Positions 54,555 to 64,000 of a stretch of DNA of 64,000 bases are shown one piece after another (position 1 is the first letter of the stretch; every line of letters starts with the position of its first letter). Source of the stretch: Balanoglossus misakiensis (taxonomy: Eukaryota; Animalia; Hemichordata); NCBI GenBank assembly GCA_040954595.2, contig CM082587.2, positions 8,049,705-8,113,704 of the forward strand. Reading direction: 5' to 3'. Under the pieces are notes generated by a model. The model was given only the letters and a program-made list of their open reading frames with translations, ran no database searches and had not been told where the DNA came from. Both the position numbers and the translations under genes were made by a program.

Positions 54555-55229
54555 CAACGGCAGCACGTATATCAAAGGTTTTTCAGAGGACTTCATTTTG
54601 TTAGCAACCTCTTCAAATCGTGCCCTGGAATAACTGATAGCAACTGGTGAGCACAGGTTTTGTAATTAGCGAAATGGTCATGTTTAATTAATTAATAGTT
54701 AAGCTATGAATAAATAATGTCTACTTGGCTTGATTTGGTATAAGAAAGTATTGACTTGAACTACTTAATTAAGTGCAAGAACAGAAGTCCCCTTGGGTAG
54801 GTTAAGCGGGTACTACATGCATTATTTATGTGTTAACGCTTTGTGTTCTGGAATTTGCACATACATTTCATTTCATTTTAACAATCAATATGCGCTTTCA
54901 AACGTGACGGGATGAGTATTGCTGACCGACATCAAGCAATGAATGCGGAATCGCCTAGCCTTCCAGCATTTGAACCAATAATATCAATTGCAATATGGAC
55001 ATTTGCAGAAGTAGAAGACCCATTAAAATTAATTACAGTGGTCAATGTGTTATGTTTTTTTCCCTATAGTGTATGCTCCCAGGGGAGCAACTTACATTTA
55101 TTAAAACGTGAAAACAAAGACTAAAACAGGGTTTCGCCGTTTTGATTTCAATAAAATAACTACTTTACATTTTCTATACAGACTTTATAACCTAAAGAAT
55201 TGCGATTTGAAGAAAGTGGCAATGGATAG

Positions 55230-55800
55230 ATTGGTTTCACAGTATGTTTGTGTGGGATACCATCAGTGCCAATACCATGATGGAACACTTTGGCACAGAA
55301 CATGACAAACTGCTCCTTGAATGGAGGGGAGATGTAGAAGATGACTTCAGGAAAGAGCGAGCGCTGGAAAGCAAACTTGAGCAAGAGCAAAACAGTTCAA
55401 GCCCTGCATCAGCTTTACATTGCTCAGAGATGGAAAACCAGCTGCAGCAATTTAGATAGAAAATGCACCCTGGATACTCATTTACTGGGAATAATGTAGA
55501 CATCCGGTACCAGGTGCAGACAAATGACAATAGCAAACCAAAACAAAGACCACCACCTTACAATATGGCTGCATACAAAAACAGGGTGTCAGGAAACCAT
55601 CTCCCAGACAACAAACCGATCGCAGAAATTGGTAGTCTGTCATTAACACGTTTCCGGCCAAGTGAAGAAGACCACCAGTTGTTGGTCGATGAGATGTCAC
55701 TGCTTGTCGTTTGGACGTGGACCAGAGCTGGCAAAATATGGTGACCATGTTTAAAAGATGACCAGTCATGAAAACATGCAAAGATTGCTTCTGACCCAAA
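55230..55800 (+). mobile_element. Decayed DUF6589-like (AcademH-type) transposase fragment
   Basis: GYSFTGNNVDI...YNMAAYKNRVSGNHLPD resembles the N-terminal GDNxD...RV..HL motif of these proteins; stop at 55457-55459. Confidence 0.5.
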
Positions 55801-56249
55801 CATAAACGTAAGAATTCTGAGATTTGTCAACAATATAAGTCAGCTACTCTACGGATTGGAATGTCGACTTGCTGTGATGGAACAAAAGCTGCATCAGTCA
55901 ACTGAACGAATGCGTGCTAGCCTGTCTCTGCTCAGAAAGGATGAATTGGATAATTTTTGAGTCGTGAGGGGTTCGATCATTGAGGTAGAAATACAGCATA
56001 AAATAATTATCAGAAATTTGATGGTACATTGAACTATTAAGCATAATTAAACAAAATACTGAAATAAATTATATTCGGGAGAGAATCATCTGTGAATATC
56101 AATTCTAAATGACATTAGCCTGTTTTAGTGTTTTTGTAGGATAAACTTTGTTGCCAGTTAGCCTATTGATATTGAAATGAGTTCATGGATATTTTAATGC
56201 ACGCACGCGCATGTGACAAGACCCGCTTTTGAAATCATAATATTAAACC

Positions 56250-56459
56250 GGGCCTTTCTTTCCCTGCAAATAAGATGGCAGATATATGACCCAGGAGGTA
56301 ATAGAACTACTGAATACGGATCCAGCGTTTAGGAGTCCACGAGACAGGATACAATCAGCAGATGTTGTAATGATTGACGAAATCTCCATGGTAAATAAAC
56401 TGTGATTGTGTCTATCCAAAATGTGATAATATACCGCGTCGGTGTTGTTGATTAACTAT

Positions 56460-56498
<39 letters not shown>

Positions 56499-56820
56499 TT
56501 AACATAACAGCCAAATGAATCTCTCGACAGATAAGCAAAAAGATATTCGAACAGTTCGAAGAAATTTGTCGCCGGGTTGGGAAAAACCCATTGTCCTTCG
56601 GAGGAATTCAAATATCGCCAGCGGCGACTGTTTTCAACTGCCACCTGTGGCTAATCCACGTTTTGGGGACGAGGGGGAGATCTGTTTTCAGTCAGACCAT
56701 AGACCCTATGGTCAGACGTTCTTCTGAAATTCCACCATGTTAATTTAACAAAAGTCCATCTGCAATCACACACACACTTCTCATTAATACTGTACGGGAG
56801 ACAGCCCTTGGTTATATCAT
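56250..56820 (+). pseudogene. PIF1-family helicase fragment
   Basis: RIQSADVVMIDEISM (Walker B) and FGGIQ...SGDCFQLPPV (motif III); frameshifted and interrupted by (TTTA)n. Confidence 0.82.
56456..56500. repeat. (TTTA)n microsatellite
   Basis: Direct reading. Confidence 0.95.
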
Positions 56821-57552
56821 AGACCCTAGAGAAACATCAAACATCTGTAAGTATAGAAAACTGTATTGCCCAAACTACCTTTTGTCGGTGTCGACTGGGA
56901 AGATTGCAGCATACAAAAAGAAAAAATCCAAAATCACTTTCACTGCAAAATATACCAATGTGATATTTGCAATCATCAGAGTTTGAATTGACAGACAACA
57001 AAGTATACCAGCTGTAACAAAACCAAAGAATTGGCTGCCCACTTATACTGTGATGTCATTTCTCACGTCTGGCTAATACCATAAGGATTACAATCAGTGA
57101 TGTAATGGATCGAATGGGATTGCCAAAAGTGTCAGAATCCATACACTGGATCATCCAACAGGGGATACATCCGATGTATCCCCTGTTGGAATATGTACGC
57201 CCTCAGGCGTATTATAAAGACAAGCAGACAGACAAAGGTGTTTTGCTTTTCATTTATCATATTCAAACAGGAAAACGCCGTAGTTTCAGTGTTTATTGGC
57301 CATGCACTTCTGAGTCCCCGTGTATAAACTCAGGTTGACGTACTTGCATATCTGTTGGTTGCGTAATCAGTGTATGTCTGTCTGTGTGATTACTTGGTTT
57401 ATTTTAAATATCTATAAATGCAAGGCTATCGATACGTCTCATTCTTCCTCGATTGCGATCAGCATTTTGTGTAAGATTTGTACGTACGCCGGCCTGACTG
57501 TTAGCTGTGGTGAAATCAGTAAGTGGTTTGCGCAGGCGTTTCTATACCAGTG

Positions 57553-60500
57553 ATGGCCGCCGAGAAAACACGGTTAGTGCATTTGTGTGTATTTACTATA
57601 ATATTAACTTAAGGGGAGTTGCACCGGCCACAGAAGCGGTAATCAATATCTCTCAGTGTTGAGGGGTCGCTAAACTCTACCTGTACCACTAGCCCTGAAC
57701 AGCTTAAGGGCAAAGGTCAATTTGTGAGCTAAATGGTCACAAAGTAGTCATCATCGCCCGTTTTTCATAGCATCACGCAACGTCATTGGCTCGACTACAG
57801 TCTCCCTTTATCAAGATTTCACCAACGATAGTATACTGTACATGCATCTTGCTGATGTTGATAAAGTGATCACATCCTTGACAAGTCAATGCCAAAGAAA
57901 ATGGGTAAGATGTTCGTGGGTATAGATTGCAACAGTGTGTTGACTGATGATAACAAGTTGCGATTGGGTGTAAAATAAAGTCACGGGAAATGATCGTGGT
58001 ATTACTCAAGCTGTATTCTGAACTTTATGATGGTGTCAAAGCAGACTGCCTTCAGACTGCCTTCATCAGCCTTTCCCTTACCAAAGCATGTGTTGCCTAC
58101 GTACCATTCATAATCACTAGACGACATGACGGGTTATCTAAGTAAGACACAAAGAAGTTGTATGTCTCCACAAATGTGTCACTACACTTTTTGCAGACGA
58201 CGAATCATGCGAATGAAGTTGTCGAATGATTCAAGTTCCGCACGTGCACTGACTCACATTGCCAAATCGTAATCTTTCCTGTTTCTTTCCCAACAGCTGT
58301 GGCCGAAAGATTGTCGGTTGTATCACCCCAATATGTAATAATTAACCCAATATGTAATACTAACCCAATATGTAATAACACCTTAACCCAATATGTAATA
58401 CTAACCCAATATGTAATAACACTTAACCCAATATGTAATACTAACCCAATATGTAATAACACTTAACCCAATATGTAATAAACTTTAATTCTACATGAAA
58501 TAACGTTAATTCTACATGAAAAAAAAACGTTATTGGTTAACCCTATATCTAATAAACTTTAATTCTACATGAAATAACGTTAATTCTACACGAAAAAAAC
58601 GTTATTAGTTAACCCTATATGTAATAAACGTTAACCCTATATGTAATAAACTTTAGTTCTACATGAAATAACGTTAATTCTACATGAAAAAAAACGTTAT
58701 TGGTTAACCCTATATCTAATAAACTTTAATTCTACATGAAATAACGTTAATTCTACACGAAAAAAACGTTATTAGTTAACCCTATATGTAATAAACGTTA
58801 ACCCTATATGTAATAAACTTTAGTTCTACATGAAATAACGTTAATTCTACATAAAAAATACGTTATTAGTTAACCCTATATGTAATAAACTTTAATTCTA
58901 CATGAAATAACGTTAATTCTACATGAAAAAAACGTTATTAGTTAACCCTATATGTAATAAACTTTAGTTCTACATGAAATAACGTTAATTCTACATAAAA
59001 AAATACGTTATTAGTTAACCCTATATGTAATAAACTTTAACCCAATATGTAACACTAACCCAATATGTAATACACCTTGTAATAACACCTTAACCCAATA
59101 TGTAACACTAACCCAATATGTAATAACACCTTAACCCAATATGTAATACTAACCCAATATGTAATAACATTTTAACCCAATATGTAATAACACTGCCCTA
59201 ATGTATTTTAATGCTAAGCTAAATGAAATACACCAAATCAATATGAAATTATATCTCAATATGAATTAAAATCCTTACTAAACATGGTTTAAAACTAAAC
59301 TCAATGTTTTTCATTAACCCAATATGTAATAACACTTAACCCAATATGTAATGGTAAAGGTGGCTTGTATTTTTTTTTACGGGGGGGGGGGGGTACATTT
59401 GTCTTTCTGGGAAAAGACCATAATATTATTTCATCTATTTTCAATAGCGGTTGTGATAGATGGGGGAAACCCTATTGTTTAACATACTTCCCGCTTAACC
59501 CAACGAATTACTTGCAAGTTCCAGTAGCATTTGATAGTCCTGGTAAAGTTAACATAGTGATAGATTTACCTAACCTTTACAGCCACATGAAATCAAGGTA
59601 AATTTTGTTGTTTGAACCTCTACCTTTATGCTATATTTCGCAAAACTATTACTATCGGCAGTTAGTATACGGATCCACCCACCCGGGGACTGCAACCACC
59701 GGGCTAATTCTCCACATTTATCCCGTATCACCCGAGGTGGGGAGGCCGCGGGGGTACGTTGGGGTTAGAAAATAAAGGGTGCGAAACTGCAATTTTGTGG
59801 ACTCAAAAGCACAAGTTTTGTGGCAAAAGTATGTGAACCCCTAAACGTTTTTTTAAAAAAGATGACCCCCCCCCCCCCCCCGCGTTTGGACTTCAAAATT
59901 ACGAAAGGTATACTTGACGCGTAAGGCGTTCAAGTGTTCAATATCAGTATCTGTTTCCCTTTTGACGGACAAGTAGTGTGCACGGATGGTAAAGTGTAAC
60001 CCCGCCCCCATCTGTACAAGTGAGGGTTGAAGTGTCCTGATGTATATGGCTTCATTAATACATCAAATTCTCTGTCTAAAATTTGGAAATTTTCCATGTC
60101 AATTATGTGTCCTGGGTATTCTCTGTATATGTCTGGAAGCTTCCATCTGAGACAATATGTTGATGTCACGCATGCGTACACAACTTGATTTCACTACTTT
60201 TATAAAGACTTGAGTTTTACTTCAACTCTATTGGGTTAATATTACATATTCAAACACATTAGGGCAGTGTTATTACATATTGGGTTAAAGTGTTATTACA
60301 TATTGGGTTAGTATTACATATTGGGTTAAGGTGTTATTACATATTGGGTTAGTATTACATATAGGGTTAAGGTGTTATTACATATTGGGTTAGTATTACA
60401 TATAGGGTTAAGGTGTTATTACATATTGGGTTAGTGTTACATATTGGGTTAAGTGTTATTACATATTGGGTTAGTGTTACATATTGGGTTAAAGTTTATT

Positions 60501-61017
60501 TCATACAGGGTTAACGTTTATTACATATAGGGTTAACTAATAACATATTTTTCATGTATAATTAACGTTATTTCATGTAGAATTAAAGTTTATTACCTAT
60601 AGGGTTAACGTTTATTACATATTGGGTTAGTATTACATATTGGGTTAAGGTGTTATTACATATTGGGTTAGTATTACATATTGGGTTAAGGTGTTATTAC
60701 ATATTGGGTTAGTATTACATATAGGGTTAATTATTACATATTGGGGTGATACAGTCGGTCTGGTTGCGCTGGTGACACTTTTCGTGCTCACCGTGGCGGC
60801 TGGCATAACCGCCGTGCTGTTGCTTGCTTCCAGCGACGATGAGGGCGCCGGATACACGTACTCCAGGGCGGCCGTGGCAGCTGACAATGGCCAGTGTTCC
60901 CAGGTGGGAAGGTATGGCAGTAAATGTACCATTAGCTTTTAAATTCGTATATTCAGAGACCACCATTTTAACGGTAATATACAAGGTTGGCTTAGAAAAG
61001 TCCCAGCAACTTAACAC

Positions 61018-61056
<39 letters not shown>

Positions 61057-64000
61057 ACCGTTTGATGAGTCACTGTCCCCTAAAAGCACTTTGCAACGTA
61101 TTATAATATTTGGACAGAGATATCTTGATGGGAGGAGGTTCTGCGGTGGATGCTGCCATTTCATCCATGTTGTGTATCGGCGTTGTGCACTGTGATAGCG
61201 CAGGTAGGACATTTCTTAGCCTCGATGATTATAGCGGGGGGGGGGGGTGCTCCGCAACCCACCGCTACAAGGCCAAAGTACAAGCAATTTGCTGTTCCAC
61301 TTACCGATGCCGGCCCAGTGGTACGAGTTCGACTCTTACGACCGGTAACCTGCTAGCGCTGTTCTCCATCCCTTAAAAATGCCGATAAATCCACCACATT
61401 TCCAACGGAAATTCAACCTCATCCGCCATCTTTAATGGTCACGTGAAGTATCCGAACACATCTGGTGCACACGTTACGTTGCCGTCGAAGTGATCTGTCA
61501 TTGGCTAGATCTCAAATTGCCCTACATTTGCTAAGGTTTTAGCTTTTATTCATGATCGTCAATTCAAAGCAATATACATATTAACCCCTACAGGCATAGG
61601 CGGTGGATTTTTCATGACGGTACACAACAAGGAGGATGGGAAAACCGAAGTCATCGACGCCAGGGAAACAGCGCCATCACAAGCTAACCAAACGATGTTT
61701 GTGGAGCAGCCGGAAAGGTCAAGGGAAGGCAAGTTCATGAAGTTATTTCTGTGGTCCACTTGGCATTTGAAGCTTTTTTTTATAAAACCCATACTTCCGT
61801 GACGTCATGATCAAAATCGTGGTTTAAATCATGCCGTTATTGACTTTCCGACCGACGGAATCTGTGGAGCATGTTCTTTTACGCTTACGTTACGCAGGTT
61901 TTCGTTTAAACACACGGAATAGCTTTTGTTATAACAATAGTTTCACGTCACTTGCAAAATAATATGCAGACTATATTTAATCACAAAAATCACGTGACTG
62001 GTTCCACACAGCTAATCTTTATTTCAGTACAAAGACCGTCTTTGGTTTAAGCATATTACGTTGTTTTTACCAATATTTTCACGACTCGTTCATTACAGGT
62101 GGCTTGGCGGTGGCCACACCCGGTGAACTGCGCGGGTACTGGGAAGCTCATCGACGATACGGCAAGCTGCAATGGAAACAACTGTTTCAACCCGCCATTA
62201 GTATCGCCACTGAGGGTTTCGAGATTGGCGCCTCCCTCGCCAAATCGATCAGGGATTCTGAAGCGTCCGTAAGAAAGGACCCAGGGCTAAGGTAAGTCTA
62301 GTCAATTTTAGCCAAACTATAGAGCCTTCATGATTCGACATGCTGCACTGCCAGTTACAATTTGACCAAATTATTTTATCTAATTTAGACGCAACTTATG
62401 GCCATTTTGTACAGTCTGGTAGCGATGCGTTATAACATTTAAATAAAAACTATGGCGATTATCATATTTTCCATTTTAAAAGCGAATAATCTAAACTTGC
62501 ATTTATGAATAAGAGGGAGGGTTTGAGACTGATTGTGAGGTGCGTACTGCGTTCAAAAGCTTCACACTTTTTCAAGTCTATGTCATATTTCTTTTTCATT
62601 ACAATTGAAAATCATCTCCAGTGATCTCTTTCTGAACGAAGACGGGTCGTTGAAAGTGGAGGGCGATCTTTGCACAAATGAACTCCTCGCCGAGACACTG
62701 CAGAAAATCGCTGAGGAGGGACCCGATTATTTTTACACGGGAGAGTTTGCCTCATTGACGGTACACGAAGTGTCCGAAGAGCAAGGTTTGTAGGCGCTTG
62801 TAACAGTCTGTAGTTTAAAGTTTAAAGGGCGGCGATCGTCTTATGCCCATGCGCCAAACCAGGCACTCTGGTTACAAAGATTGTATACAGTCAGTGCCAT
62901 AAGGGAGTGTACTGTCCTAACAACAGACAAGATGGCGACGACCATAGTCTGTGTCAGACACCGGGAAAGACAACAAATTGGCTGAAAAGAAGGAACAAAA
63001 GTAAAGTCTACTTTTGCGTTGCGCATGAAATATGGAAGGTAGCGAAGGCAGTCCGTTATTTGAATGCGTCGGACGCAAAAGTTGCAGTTGGATTGGACGT
63101 AATGATTGTACACACGAAATTATGCACATGCGCATAAGATGATCGTCAGCCCACGGATGGTTCTTGGTTTCATTTGGTAATAAAGTCGGCCAGACTAATA
63201 CTAGTACATACTCAATCATGTATTTTTGGTATTACACGTATAGGCTACCAGTTAGAGTTGTCAAAAGAAAACAAAACATATCCATTCATCCATTCAACAA
63301 CAAACATAATTTTGAATTCTTAATGTATGATTCTTTTCAAGGTGGCATTCTAACTCTATCCGACCTCGTGAACTACACGGTCGCGATCAAAGAGCCGCTG
63401 CAGATAGATTTTGCCGGTTATACTGTTGTTACAGCGCCGCCACCGTCAAGCGGTGCCGTGGTTTTGATGCTGCTCAATATTATGGACGGTATAATAATAA
63501 TATCTTGTTAATAGAAACTCTTTTTTATGATAGAATACAACATACCAGAGGCGTTTTAAAAACAGTAACTCTCCATTTTAAAAGGATATCATGAGTACAA
63601 TGGGATACTTGAAGGGACCAATCAAAACACTCATGGACACAAACCAAACAGTCGTATATGAATATGCATGCGCAATTGCACAACTGAAATTCATGCCCAG
63701 AAAATGTACCATGTATTCCTAAAGGATAGACTGTCCCTAAAATTAGGCCAGGTATATAGGCTTTGTTTCCGTTCATGACCGCTGTAACATTACACTGAGT
63801 TTTCAAAAACTGCACCCAGTCAATAAAACCACATCGCATACTGTTTTAATTACTAGATTAACTGCCTTGGGTGAGATATACTGACCTTGATGGATTTATA
63901 ATAACTGAAAAATGCCTTTGTTTTTGTTTCAAATTTAGCCTTTGACCTTTCGGAGATGGACATGTCAAACACAGAGAAAACAGTGCGTACTTACCATCGA
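57553..64000 (+). CDS. GGT1: Gamma-glutamyl transpeptidase / glutathione hydrolase 1-like; exon 2 interrupted by a foldback element; gene continues past the window
   Basis: Exon 1 ATGGCCGCCGAGAAAACACG|GTTAGT; exon 2 CGRKIVG//LVALVTLF...AAVAADNGQCSQVGR; DILMGGGSAVDAAI; GIGGGFFM...IDARETAP; GGLAVATPGELRG; APPPSSGAV. Confidence 0.9.
58319..60753. mobile_element. Foldback-type non-autonomous DNA transposon with minisatellite arms
   Basis: 6-bp TSD GTCGGT (58313-58318, 60754-60759); termini TGTATCACCCCAATATG / CATATTGGGGTGATACA; arms built from AACCCAATATGTAATA and TTAATTCTACATGAAA repeats in inverted orientation; non-coding centre. Confidence 0.93.
61018..61055. repeat. (GAT)n microsatellite in a GGT intron
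   Basis: Direct reading. Confidence 0.95.

Noticed and set aside
58321-59200. Short regularly spaced repeats resembling a CRISPR array
   Set aside because: No unique spacers, no cas genes, eukaryotic context; these are subterminal repeats of a TIR element
60240-60740. Many copies of the canonical CRESS nonamer TAGTATTAC in the foldback arms
   Set aside because: They are part of an AT-rich minisatellite unit, lack an enclosing GC-rich stem and lie >40 kb from rep; most likely coincidental
60727-61212. Poly-Ile / poly-Met ORFs (and the poly-His ORF at 46081-46278)
   Set aside because: Translations of intronic (GAT)n and (CAC)n microsatellites

Overview
AT-rich eukaryotic genomic DNA with spliceosomal introns, most consistent with a marine invertebrate deuterostome (inferred from gene content only). 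The first ~24 kb is a transposon graveyard: tandem repeats, a TTAA MITE, a LINE remnant, a duplicated SWIM-YqaJ-PHD gene (ISL2EU-type), a MULE remnant and a C2H2 zinc-finger gene. That zinc-finger gene is split by a 1.4-kb insertion flanked by exact 19-bp direct repeats. The insertion carries a decayed CRESS-DNA-virus Rep, its still recognisable stem-loop/nonanucleotide origin, and a Tx1/L1 ORF1 fragment; this is the top finding. Next come a secreted 6-SRCR gene whose first intron holds an IS3EU-like TIR element with a captured PI3K p85-like SH3 exon, and two orphan 3' exons of GDP-L-fucose synthase. An Ig-domain receptor tyrosine kinase with pseudokinase substitutions follows, bracketed by ~135-bp inverted repeats, and then a short PKD1-like/REJ gene. 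The window ends with DUF6589-like/PIF1 remnants and a gamma-glutamyl transpeptidase gene whose membrane-anchor exon is interrupted by a 2.4-kb foldback element. All calls come from manual reading and motif recall; no database search was run.
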